Virus record (IMG/VR): IMGVR_UViG_3300025536_000015
Length of the DNA: 64,000 bases
Strand: one strand, 5' to 3'
Source: a virus
Positions 28,449-37,434 of this stretch are shown in pieces. A program made the translations under genes and the position numbers. The notes below the pieces were generated by a model. It was not told the DNA's origin and ran no database searches. It was given only the letters and a program-made list of their open reading frames with translations. Position 1 is the first letter of the stretch, and each line of letters opens with the position of its first letter.

Positions 28449-28819
28449 GCAAACGCATCTCTGGCGTCATATTCGACGAGGCCAACGTGGGGTGCCGCGT
28501 CCATCGATCATATGCCGATACCTCCGGAACCGGTTTGCAGTTGTTGCAGGCCGGTGTGCCCGGCAAGTGCATCCGCATCCTGGCCGGCCTGCTGATGTCG
28601 TCGGGGGAGTGCGCGGTCTATTTTGCGTCAGGTGCTCAGGGATCAAAGAAAAGCGGCACATACCCGCTGATCGTCAACCAGGGCTTCAACCTCAACAAGG
28701 ACGACGACGGCCACTTTCAAACCAACAAGGGCGAGGGCCTCTACATCAACCACGGCTCGTCGACAACGCTCGGCGTTACGTTTCGATTCATACTGACTGA
28801 AGTTGAGGACCCCATATGA
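28445..28819 (+). CDS. Hypothetical protein, possibly virion-associated
   Basis: ATGA-coupled ORF. Confidence 0.55.
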   Translation: MSKRISGVIFDEANVGCRVHRSYADTSGTGLQLLQAGVPGKCIRILAGLLMSSGECAVYFASGAQGSKKSGTYPLIVNQGFNLNKDDDGHFQTNKGEGLYINHGSSTTLGVTFRFILTEVEDPI

Positions 28820-29067
28820 TCAAGAAAATAGTCGGACGACTGCTCGGAACGGACCGGCCGTCGCCGAACTACTACCACGAGTGCATGGTCCAGTCGGGCG
28901 CCGATAAGTTCGGACGCTTTCCCTGGACCGTCCGCGTGTACGGACGCGTCGGCTCCGGGCCTGTTGAAGTTTTGGAAGGGTTCGAGGTATCGCACGAGAA
29001 GGCCAAGAAGGTGGCCTACGCAGCAGCCGTTAAGGTCGTGAAGGCCAAGGAGGCCGCATGGCGATAG
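28816..29067 (+). CDS. Hypothetical protein
   Basis: ATGA-coupled ORF. Confidence 0.5.
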   Translation: MIKKIVGRLLGTDRPSPNYYHECMVQSGADKFGRFPWTVRVYGRVGSGPVEVLEGFEVSHEKAKKVAYAAAVKVVKAKEAAWR

Positions 29068-29459
29068 GATACGCGACGACGCTGCGCAACGCACGGCTCG
29101 ACCAGATCAAGACGGCGATCGACGCAGGGGCCGGGGCTGGCCTACTGCGCTTCTATGACGGGTCTCGACCGGCCACCGGCGGCGCCGCCACTACGCTGCT
29201 CGCCGAACTGACCATGTCGGATCCGTCCGCTGGCGCGGCCTCTGGCGGTGTTCTAACTCTCAGCGCCATCACGGCAGACTCGAGCGCGAACGCGACCGGC
29301 ACTGCGACGTGGGCGCGCATCGTAGACTCGACCGGGGCCTTCGTCCTCGACTGCTCCGTCGGCACGTCTGGCGCGGACATCAACCTTAACAGCGTGGCCA
29401 TTCAGGTCGGCGCGCAGGTTAGCATCACGAGTGCTACGATCACTGAGGGGAATCCATAA
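29058..29459 (+). CDS. Conserved phage virion-type protein
   Basis: RNARLD...LRFYDG.RPA...LLAEL...ATGTATWARI pattern of phage structural proteins. Confidence 0.65.
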   Translation: MAIGYATTLRNARLDQIKTAIDAGAGAGLLRFYDGSRPATGGAATTLLAELTMSDPSAGAASGGVLTLSAITADSSANATGTATWARIVDSTGAFVLDCSVGTSGADINLNSVAIQVGAQVSITSATITEGNP

Positions 29460-30140
29460 ATGGCTGCTCCTATCGACGCAATAATCACACTGCCGGATGA
29501 TTCTGGCAACACCGGAAAGAAAGTCAGAACGCAGACCGAGGTCGTCGGAGCCAACACTGTTCATACGCATTACTTCGTGATGCAGAGGGCGAAGAAGGTC
29601 ATCACGACATATCGACTCGCGCTCGTCCAGGCGACCGTTCTTGCGTCTGCGCAGAACGGAACGACGGCCGGAATGCTGTTCGGTCACATGGGCTCTGCTG
29701 TCAGCGGCAAGGCGATGAGGATTCGAAGGATCGGCGTGTCCTCTCAGCACTCAACTGCTCTTGCCACGCCGACGGCACCGCGCCTCCTCATCCGACGATT
29801 CACATCATCCGGGGCGCTCAACACGTCGTTGATTTCCCCAAACACAAACGACTCAACGCAGACTGCTCCCGCTGCGCTGTTCTCGTTGGTGAACACTGGA
29901 TGCACCGTAGTTCATGTCGGAATAGGCTTTGCCCATGCAGCTCTCGCTGGTGCTATAACCGCCGTTGGTGCCTACGAGCCGTGCGATAAGGACATGATTG
30001 ACCCAGCGGCAGAAGAAGACGCGTGGCCAGTATTCCGTCCTGGCGAGGGCTTCGTGATATACCAGGACGTAGCCGGGACTACCTCGGACACGCGCAAGTT
30101 CAATATCGAGATCAGTTGTGATGAGATCGACATCGCCTGA
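29460..30140 (+). CDS. Hypothetical beta-rich virion-type protein
   Basis: Coupled ORF; lower GC than neighbours. Confidence 0.6.
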   Translation: MAAPIDAIITLPDDSGNTGKKVRTQTEVVGANTVHTHYFVMQRAKKVITTYRLALVQATVLASAQNGTTAGMLFGHMGSAVSGKAMRIRRIGVSSQHSTALATPTAPRLLIRRFTSSGALNTSLISPNTNDSTQTAPAALFSLVNTGCTVVHVGIGFAHAALAGAITAVGAYEPCDKDMIDPAAEEDAWPVFRPGEGFVIYQDVAGTTSDTRKFNIEISCDEIDIA

Positions 30141-30143
30141 TGA

Positions 30144-31073
30144 ATGGCCTGGGAACTAAACGACGTCGCGCCGGTATCGATTGGGCAAGAGTTCTCAGCC
30201 CCTGCATCGCCGTGGACGGAGCAGGGGTGGTTCCTCGGCTACTCCATGCCAACCGGAGGAGCCCCGCCAATTACCGGCACGTTGGCGGTGTCTCTGGCAG
30301 CCGACACGTCATCGGCGTCTGGCAAGGAAATATTTACCGGATCAGCGGCACCGACATTATCCCCAGACGTCATGGCCGGAGTCGGGAAAGAGGTCTTCTC
30401 TGGGAGCGCTTCGGCTACTTCAGCCGGCGACTCCTCGGCAGTGGTCGGCAAGTTGAATTTCACAGGCACGTCCGCGCAGACGGAAACAGCGGATGCAATG
30501 GCTGCTACCGGGACCGCTGGCTCGAGCTTCGACGGAACATTAGAGGTTACGAACGACGACGACGCACAAGCAGCGTCCGGGTTGCTGCTGTTCTCAGGGA
30601 CCGCGTCGACGTCGTCTGCGAACGACGCGATGGCCGCCGCAGGAGTGATGAGCTTCTCCGGTTCTTCCGGTCCCACCTTGGGCGCGGACGTGTTGGAGGC
30701 GACAGCTCAACTAAACTTTGCTGGGGCGGAATCGCCGGCGACAGCATCAGACATCTCGTCGGCCTCTGGCCTCTTGACGTTCTCAGGATCGGCGGCGGTC
30801 GCATGCGCTGGGGACGCGCTGACGGCTTCGGGCTTGCAAAGATTTATCGGTGCATTCTCGACAACGAACGAGCCAGACGTTCTGTCGCTGTCCGCGGAGC
30901 TTGGGTTCCGAGGTCCGATGTCCGTGACGCTTTTGTCAGACACGCCGACGGCTGCAGGAAAGGAAGACTTCGTCGGCGTGATGTCCACGACGATGCAGAA
31001 CGACAGCGGCTACAAGCAAGGCATGGTGATCCGCTACAACACCATCATGAACCCGGTGTCGCCTTCAGACTGA
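30144..31073 (+). CDS. 21-aa repeat, Ser/Thr/Ala-rich fibre-like protein
   Basis: About 12 tandem repeats F-x-G-x8-D-x5-G. Confidence 0.7.
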   Translation: MAWELNDVAPVSIGQEFSAPASPWTEQGWFLGYSMPTGGAPPITGTLAVSLAADTSSASGKEIFTGSAAPTLSPDVMAGVGKEVFSGSASATSAGDSSAVVGKLNFTGTSAQTETADAMAATGTAGSSFDGTLEVTNDDDAQAASGLLLFSGTASTSSANDAMAAAGVMSFSGSSGPTLGADVLEATAQLNFAGAESPATASDISSASGLLTFSGSAAVACAGDALTASGLQRFIGAFSTTNEPDVLSLSAELGFRGPMSVTLLSDTPTAAGKEDFVGVMSTTMQNDSGYKQGMVIRYNTIMNPVSPSD

Positions 31074-31074
31074 T

Positions 31075-31296
31075 ATGAGAAAAAAGAGATTGACCTTCGA
31101 GCAGAAACGGGCGTTGTCGATTCAGCGTCAGGCGCGCATCGGCATCACCATCCTGGCGGTGTTGGTGGTCACGTTTATTTACACCGTTCTGTTCAGCGTG
31201 CCGCGAGAACAAGAACCAATGCTATTATTTCCGCCAGGCACGAAAGTGAATCTTGGATTTGGAAAATATCAAACAGGAGGTCATGCTCGCCCATGA
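31075..31296 (+). CDS. Small membrane protein
   Basis: Basic N-terminus plus one transmembrane helix. Confidence 0.55.
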   Translation: MRKKRLTFEQKRALSIQRQARIGITILAVLVVTFIYTVLFSVPREQEPMLLFPPGTKVNLGFGKYQTGGHARP

Positions 31297-31976
31297 CTAC
31301 AAAGAAGAAGTCGTCAAAGTCTGTCACCGCAACGCTCGAGCAGCCGAAGGCCGGCGTGCTGGCCAAAGAGCACGAGGAGCGAATCGACATCGAGCGCACC
31401 GACATTTATCCCGAGGATATGATCAAGCGCCACCGCGAGCGCTACTGCTGGTCAATCTCAGAAATCTCCAAGCGCTTCTGCCGCGCTGGACGCGTACTCG
31501 ACGCAGCTTGTGGGACAGGGTACGGATCAAGCCTGCTCCTCGGCATCTCGAACAAAGTCGTTGGACTTGACGGCGACCACGGAGCTCTTGACCACGCGCG
31601 CAAGCGCTTCGGCGGATCGCTCCTGTCCTTCCGTTGGTCAGACCTGAACCATACTATCGCTGGTAACACCGAGGAGTTCGACGCGGCCGTGACCATCGAA
31701 ACGATCGAGCACTTGCCCGAGGAAGGCGCTCAGTTCTTCCTCTCTGAGCTTCACCGAGTCATCGCCAAGAACGGCCTGCTCCTTATCTCCACGCCAGAAT
31801 TTAACGCCGAGCGCGGCCTGACGTCCACGTTTCACCTGAAAGAGTACACGCCGAATGAGATGATCGCGCTCGTCACGGCGGCCGGATTTGTTGACGTGGT
31901 GCTCTCCGATGCAACGAACATCTGGGTGAAAGACTTGCCCGGCTTCATCTTCCTCAGCGCACGGAAGCCAGGATGA
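31293..31976 (+). CDS. Class I SAM-dependent methyltransferase (type common in glycan clusters)
   Basis: HRERY, VLDAACGTGYGS, ETIEH, LLISTP. Confidence 0.85.
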   Translation: MTTKKKSSKSVTATLEQPKAGVLAKEHEERIDIERTDIYPEDMIKRHRERYCWSISEISKRFCRAGRVLDAACGTGYGSSLLLGISNKVVGLDGDHGALDHARKRFGGSLLSFRWSDLNHTIAGNTEEFDAAVTIETIEHLPEEGAQFFLSELHRVIAKNGLLLISTPEFNAERGLTSTFHLKEYTPNEMIALVTAAGFVDVVLSDATNIWVKDLPGFIFLSARKPG

Positions 31977-33118
31977 GCCGCATTCCACAAGCGGCGCCGG
32001 CCGCCATCGAGATATTTGGCAAGAAGGTCGGCAACGAAGCTGTAACCTTTGCGCAGGCTTCGAACGCTGGCGCGCACCCGTGCCTGATCGTGGCCGAGTG
32101 CGGCATCAACCACGGCGGGGACACGGCCCGCGCCATGGACATGGTCCGCGCCGCGGCCGACGCCGGCGTGGACGTTGTGAAATTCCAGCGGCGCGACCTA
32201 CAGGCGACCTACACGCCCGAGGCGTTCGCCGACCCCAACCGCGCGGCGCACGGCCTGGCCCACTACCTGCCCGTGCTGAAGCAGACGCAGTTGCCGGACA
32301 AGGACTATCCCAGGCTGAAGGCGCTGGCCGAGGCCTTGGGCCTGGGCTTCTTGGTCACTCCGTTCGACGAGCCGTCCGTCGACTTCCTCGAGGCGCTCTG
32401 CGTCGATGCCTACAAGGTGGCGTCGTGCGACTTCAACAACCCGTTCCTGCACGCGAAGATCGCGGCGACCGGAAAGCCGGTGATCGTGTCGACAGGCATG
32501 CAACACGAGATCGCGCTGTTCGAAGTGATCCCGACGCTGAAGGAGATGTTCCCCGGCCGGCTCGCGCTTATGCACACGGTGTCGAGCTACCCAACGGCCT
32601 TCCGCGACTGCCAGCTGCACAGCATCCTGCGCATGAAGATCAACCACGGCGTCCCCGTCGGCTGGTCCGGCCACGAGCGCGGTGTCGCCGTCAGCACCTC
32701 GGCGGCTGCGCTGGGCGCAGACATCATCGAGCGCCACTTCACGCTCGACCGGACCCTGCCCGGCCCCGACCAAGCGGCCTCGCTCGAGCCGGACGGCCTC
32801 AAGAAGCTCGTGGAGCGGATCCGCGCGACCGAGGACGCCTACGGGGACCCGTACTCCACGAAGGTGCCGACGCGCGGCGAGGCGCAGACGCAGGAGATCC
32901 TCGGCAAGAGCCTCTGCGCGCGGCGCGACATCAAGGCCGGTGAGCCCGTCACCATGGACATGCTCGAGGCGAGGTCCCCCGGCCGCGGCCTGTCGCCGTT
33001 CCTCGCCACCTACCTCGTCCGAACGCACGCAGTTATGGCGCGCGACGTCGCGGCCGGTGTACACTTAAGCGCGCAGGACATCGACAAGAAGGTGACGGTG
33101 GGGGCCGGCCCATGCTGA
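31973..33118 (+). CDS. neuB: NeuB-family nonulosonic acid synthase with C-terminal SAF domain
   Basis: IVAECGINHGG, DVVKFQ, YKVAS, STGM, GWSGHE, IERHFTLD..LPGPDQAASLEP. Confidence 0.92.
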   Translation: MSRIPQAAPAAIEIFGKKVGNEAVTFAQASNAGAHPCLIVAECGINHGGDTARAMDMVRAAADAGVDVVKFQRRDLQATYTPEAFADPNRAAHGLAHYLPVLKQTQLPDKDYPRLKALAEALGLGFLVTPFDEPSVDFLEALCVDAYKVASCDFNNPFLHAKIAATGKPVIVSTGMQHEIALFEVIPTLKEMFPGRLALMHTVSSYPTAFRDCQLHSILRMKINHGVPVGWSGHERGVAVSTSAAALGADIIERHFTLDRTLPGPDQAASLEPDGLKKLVERIRATEDAYGDPYSTKVPTRGEAQTQEILGKSLCARRDIKAGEPVTMDMLEARSPGRGLSPFLATYLVRTHAVMARDVAAGVHLSAQDIDKKVTVGAGPC

Positions 33119-33206
33119 CCGACCAAAACAATTTGTCCCGTTCCTCCGGACTGTGGGGGCGTGCCCACGGCGAGGAGGGGCGGGGCATTCGTTTTATGGT
33201 GACGCG

Positions 33207-34028
33207 ATGCTGAACGTTCGCGGCATTAAGGCGCGCCCGCGTGACCTGCACGAGATGATGGCGCACAAGCCGTCGCTCGTCGAGATGCACTGCTCCGTAG
33301 ACGACCTGCTCTGGACGCCGCCGAGCACCTACGACGCGCCGCTCGCCGTCCACCTGCCTGAGTACGACAAAGGCGACCTGGTTGACGCAGCAAGCCTCAA
33401 CGAAACCAAGCGACGCGCGGCGGAAGACCTCTACTGCATGGCTGTCCGCAAAGCCGTCCAGTGGGCTCCGCATTTCGCGAATTGCAAACCGAAAATTGTC
33501 TTCCACCCTGGCGGCATGGACGTCGACGTGTTCACGCAGTCGCAGATAGACGACGCTCGCTCTCAGCTTGGCAGGACGATCGAGTCCATGGTCGCGGCTG
33601 CCGGCAACGAGGCCGACATCCTCATCGAGAACGTGCCTCGCCACTGCTGGTTCTTTGGCGGTGACTGGATCGCCAACCTCGGCGTGGACGTAAAACAGAT
33701 GGCCGAGATTTGCACCACTCACAAGATCGGCATGACCCTCGACCTCTGCCACCTCTACCTCGCGTCGCAGGCGATGAAGTTCGACGTCTCCGAAGCTGTT
33801 TCACTGGTGAAAGAACACGTTCGTCACATACACTATTCAGGAGCGAAGGGCATGGACGGTGAGGGCCTGGCGATCGACGACCCGGCCAACACCTTCGACC
33901 TTGGCTCTGAGCTCCAACGGCTGCGAGACATCGACGCCGTGGCGGTGCCAGAGATATGGTTCGGGCACGAGAACGGCGGTGCCGGCTTCGTGAAGGCGTG
34001 GGCGTCGGCGGAACAGGCACTCGGATAA
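33207..34028 (+). CDS. Xylose-isomerase/AP-endonuclease-2-like TIM barrel protein
   Basis: VEMH, VHLPE, HPGG, IENVP, TLDLCH, HIHYSGAKG..GEGL, PEIWFGH. Confidence 0.75.
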   Translation: MLNVRGIKARPRDLHEMMAHKPSLVEMHCSVDDLLWTPPSTYDAPLAVHLPEYDKGDLVDAASLNETKRRAAEDLYCMAVRKAVQWAPHFANCKPKIVFHPGGMDVDVFTQSQIDDARSQLGRTIESMVAAAGNEADILIENVPRHCWFFGGDWIANLGVDVKQMAEICTTHKIGMTLDLCHLYLASQAMKFDVSEAVSLVKEHVRHIHYSGAKGMDGEGLAIDDPANTFDLGSELQRLRDIDAVAVPEIWFGHENGGAGFVKAWASAEQALG

Positions 34029-34032
34029 AACT

Positions 34033-34320
34033 ATGGCAGAGCTAACCCAGACGGAGCTCGAAGACAAGATCAGCGCGATCGACACCGCGATCGCTGCCGG
34101 CGTCACTGCACTGTCCAGCGCCACGGAGTCGGCGGCTTGGGTCGACTACACGATGGGCGACAAGTCCGTCAGTGCGTCACAGAAGCTGGCGCAACTCCAA
34201 GAACTCCGCAAGATGTACCAGGGCATGCTCGACGTCTACCCGAAGGAGATCACGCGCAACGCGAGCTATGACGTGGACCGCGACGGCACGGACAACTCGG
34301 ACCTCGAGGGCGATCAGTGA
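34033..34320 (+). CDS. Head-tail connector / head completion protein
   Basis: DYTMGDKSV...LQELRKMY (gpW-like); first gene of the neck block. Confidence 0.55.
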   Translation: MAELTQTELEDKISAIDTAIAAGVTALSSATESAAWVDYTMGDKSVSASQKLAQLQELRKMYQGMLDVYPKEITRNASYDVDRDGTDNSDLEGDQ

Positions 34321-34679
34321 GCGTCGCCCAGGACACGGTCTCCATCCTCGCCGTCTGGGGCCAGACCGTGACCATCATGCGCAAGACGCCGACTTTTTCC
34401 GATAGTGGCGCGCCGACTCCTGTCTGGGCATCCGTTGGGACGGCCACAGCCGACATCCAGCCGATCGACGGAAGCGAGAAGCGGATCGAACTCGGCGAGC
34501 GCGTGCTGACCACGCACGAAATCTATTTCCCCAACGGGACCGACATCCGCGGAGGCGACCGCGTGCAGCCTGCTGGCTGGGCCGCCGGCGACGACGAGTA
34601 CGAGGTCCGCGCGCTCATCGCTGAGACACCGAGCCACGTCCGCGTCAACGCGACGCTCGTCCGGGGGCACGGTGGCTGA
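34317..34679 (+). CDS. Head closure / head-tail adaptor
   Basis: ADIQP, THEIYFP..TDIRGGDRV. Confidence 0.7.
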   Translation: MSVAQDTVSILAVWGQTVTIMRKTPTFSDSGAPTPVWASVGTATADIQPIDGSEKRIELGERVLTTHEIYFPNGTDIRGGDRVQPAGWAAGDDEYEVRALIAETPSHVRVNATLVRGHGG

Positions 34680-35166
34680 CGGGTTCCAGATTTCTGTGAC
34701 AGCGAAGAACCTCAAGTTCGACAAGTATGCCTTGTCTGCCGAGGACTTAATTATTGACGCGATCGACGTGACCATCGGCGAGGTCCAGGCCCACATCCGC
34801 GACGGCCACCCTAAGGTGAACAAGCTGACCTTAAAACGAACGCGCGGCGATCGCGACTCGCTCGACACCTACCGCGTGCGCACCGGCGGCGAGGTCGGCG
34901 AGTTCCGCGGAATGATGCGCTGGCTCACACATACCGGAGTGTCGCGCAATTCGGTCTTCCTGGTGCAGGCCAAAGTCTCAGGCACCGGCTTCACGCGGAG
35001 CATCTCCGGCAAGGTCTACAGCGCGCAGAAGCACATGAATGATTTGGAGTTCGGCACGGCCGGCCGGCGCGCCTTCCCAGCCTTCCGGCCAGCTCTGATC
35101 GCCAAGGGACCGCGAGGGCAGTACCTAGTCCGCGAAGCACTCCTACGGGCGGCGGCGCGCTTGTGA
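34672..35166 (+). CDS. HK97 gp10-like neck protein
   Basis: LEFGT...FPAFRPAL. Confidence 0.65.
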   Translation: MADGFQISVTAKNLKFDKYALSAEDLIIDAIDVTIGEVQAHIRDGHPKVNKLTLKRTRGDRDSLDTYRVRTGGEVGEFRGMMRWLTHTGVSRNSVFLVQAKVSGTGFTRSISGKVYSAQKHMNDLEFGTAGRRAFPAFRPALIAKGPRGQYLVREALLRAAARL

Positions 35167-35627
35167 AGGTCCTTAAGGAGATGGTCCATAAGGCCATGCG
35201 TGACGACGCGACCTTGCGCACGCTTCTGGCCCACGCGGCCACGCCATACGGCGTCTACGAGGGCCACTTCCCAACCACGCCTGACTTCAGCGCGGCGGCC
35301 GGCGCGGCCCGTTCCTACGTCACCTGGATGTTCATCGGGGGCGGCGGCGACGGATCGACCAACGGGCCTGAGATGCGCCTTGGAGAAAAGGTTTTCACCG
35401 TGACCGCGTGGAGCGCCAACCCAGACACCGTCGAGTCAGCGCACAAGCGGATCCGGCGCCTACTCACCGACCTCTACGGCTGCACGCTCCCGACGACCGA
35501 CGCAAACGTGACCGGCCTCAAGCCTGAGCCAGGCGGCTACGGCCCGGACCTGTTCGACGACGAGGCCAAGGCGTACTTCCGATCAGAGACCTACCGCGTC
35601 TGGTACCGCGAGGACGTCACCTCATGA
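35163..35627 (+). CDS. Tail terminator-like protein
   Basis: Position and size; D..L..L start; fourth gene of neck block. Confidence 0.55.
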   Translation: MKVLKEMVHKAMRDDATLRTLLAHAATPYGVYEGHFPTTPDFSAAAGAARSYVTWMFIGGGGDGSTNGPEMRLGEKVFTVTAWSANPDTVESAHKRIRRLLTDLYGCTLPTTDANVTGLKPEPGGYGPDLFDDEAKAYFRSETYRVWYREDVTS

Positions 35628-36652
35628 GCGAAGTGGCCGCAGAAGTCAACAAGGACGAGGAGATCGAGCGCGGCCTCGAGCGCATGCACGCCATGGGCGT
35701 CGAGGTAAAGACGCTCAAGCACCCGCTCATCGTCGACCGCAACTGGGAGGCCGAACAGGAGATGCAGGGATGGGTCGGCCCCTACATGCGCAACATCGCC
35801 TGGCACTACCACGACATCCTGGCCGCCGGCCACATCGGCCCCCTGCTCAACAGGCTCGGCGGCCGCCCCGTTGCCGTGGTCGGCGCTGGCGCGAGCCTGG
35901 ACAAGAACGTGGACAGCTTGCGAGACTTCCCAGGCATCATCATCGCGTGCGACCGAGCGGCGAAGGCGCTCACGGCGCGGGACATTTGTCCGGACATTGT
36001 GGTCGCCGTGGACCCGCGGCCATACCACATCGCTAAGATGCTGGACTACCCGCAGAGTAAGGGCCAGACGCTCGTCGCGTCCGTCTGCTTGCACCCAGAC
36101 GTGGTCCAAGCCTGGCGCGGCCGCGTGCGCTACATGAGCCATGAGAACCCAGGCACGCAGTTCTTCGACCACGGCCTGCCGCATCTGTTCCCCGGCATGC
36201 CAGCGCTCTACTGCCTAGGAAACGTCGGGAACATGGCCGTGCAGCTTGCGGCGGAGATGGGGGCCGGAAAGATCGTCCTAGTCGGTCAGGACTACGGCTA
36301 CACCGACGGCAAGATGAGCGCCGACGACTGGGTCTACCAGCATCAATCGATGTTCTTGGAAAGCGGCTGGCGGCGCGAAGTGCCCGACCACGCCTACAAC
36401 CTCGAGCGGCGCACAGGCAAGGTGATGACGAAAGGCATCGACGGTGAGGTGCAGACCTACGCACCGTTCCTCGGCTATCGTGATTCTCTTTATAACATCG
36501 TGAAACTTTGGAATCTCGACGTGGTCAACGCGACGGAGGGCGGCATCCTAGTCGACCTTCCGCAGATGGCCCTGTCAAAAGTCGTAACAAGCCTGTTACA
36601 ATTTAACGCCGGGGAGGCACGCACCCTCCTTAGTCAGGCGCTCGGGGGATAA
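35624..36652 (+). CDS. DUF115 (Maf/MptE-like) protein 3
   Basis: VVGAGASLDKN, IACDRA, PDIVVAVDP, GNVGN, VGQDYG, NATEGG. Confidence 0.82.
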   Translation: MSEVAAEVNKDEEIERGLERMHAMGVEVKTLKHPLIVDRNWEAEQEMQGWVGPYMRNIAWHYHDILAAGHIGPLLNRLGGRPVAVVGAGASLDKNVDSLRDFPGIIIACDRAAKALTARDICPDIVVAVDPRPYHIAKMLDYPQSKGQTLVASVCLHPDVVQAWRGRVRYMSHENPGTQFFDHGLPHLFPGMPALYCLGNVGNMAVQLAAEMGAGKIVLVGQDYGYTDGKMSADDWVYQHQSMFLESGWRREVPDHAYNLERRTGKVMTKGIDGEVQTYAPFLGYRDSLYNIVKLWNLDVVNATEGGILVDLPQMALSKVVTSLLQFNAGEARTLLSQALGG

Positions 36653-36653
36653 T

Positions 36654-37409
36654 ATGGTTGAAACCAATAATCTGTTGCTCGGCCTCGGCAAGCTTTACCT
36701 CAAGCGCGAGGGCGACACCGACGGCAAGTACCGCATGGTCGGCGCGCTGAAGGACAAGGTAGAGTTCACCTACAAGCAGGAGATCGTCAAGCAGAAGGTG
36801 GGCGAGCTCATGGGCGCGCCGCGCGCTGACCGTATCAATGAGGAGGCCATGCTTAAGGCCCAGATATGCGACTTCAAGATCGAGCAGCTCATTCCGTTGC
36901 TCGGCCTGACCGTCTCGACGACCGCCCTCACGGTGACGAACTCCATCCGCCGCGTCGAGGAGCATATCACAGGCATCTCCACGACCGACACGCAGACGCT
37001 GTCGCAGACCGCCAAGTCGAAGACCTCAGTTCATATCACGAGCCTAGACCGCGCCACGGACTACGTGCAGGGCACCGACTTCACCATGCCCACCGCCCGC
37101 GGGATCAAGCCGGTGACGTCCGCGTTCCGCAACCTCACCGTCCTTGCGCACTACACGTCGCGCCGCACCACGAAGCGCGTGCGCATCGGCGACCACAAGA
37201 CACTGCCCGTGATGAGCCTGATGTTCACCCACAAGATGAAGAACGGCAAGATGATCAGCCTGATCATTCCGCGCTGCCACATCGAGGGAGACATCACAAT
37301 CCCGTGGGGCGAGAAGGAGTACACCGCATACGACATCTCGTTCTCGGCGCTTGCTGACACCACGCAGCCCGAGGGTCGGCGCCTGTTCCACATCGTGAAG
37401 GAGTCGTAA
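36654..37409 (+). CDS. Major tail (tube) protein
   Basis: LLLGLGKLY...VEFTY...YDISFSALAD; precedes chaperone and tape measure genes. Confidence 0.72.
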   Translation: MVETNNLLLGLGKLYLKREGDTDGKYRMVGALKDKVEFTYKQEIVKQKVGELMGAPRADRINEEAMLKAQICDFKIEQLIPLLGLTVSTTALTVTNSIRRVEEHITGISTTDTQTLSQTAKSKTSVHITSLDRATDYVQGTDFTMPTARGIKPVTSAFRNLTVLAHYTSRRTTKRVRIGDHKTLPVMSLMFTHKMKNGKMISLIIPRCHIEGDITIPWGEKEYTAYDISFSALADTTQPEGRRLFHIVKES

Positions 37410-37434
37410 TCCAAACCGTAGGAGGCCATTCGTA

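Noticed and set aside
33112-33213. 33-codon ORF between neuB and the TIM barrel gene
   Set aside because: Short, with no recognisable features; not supportable
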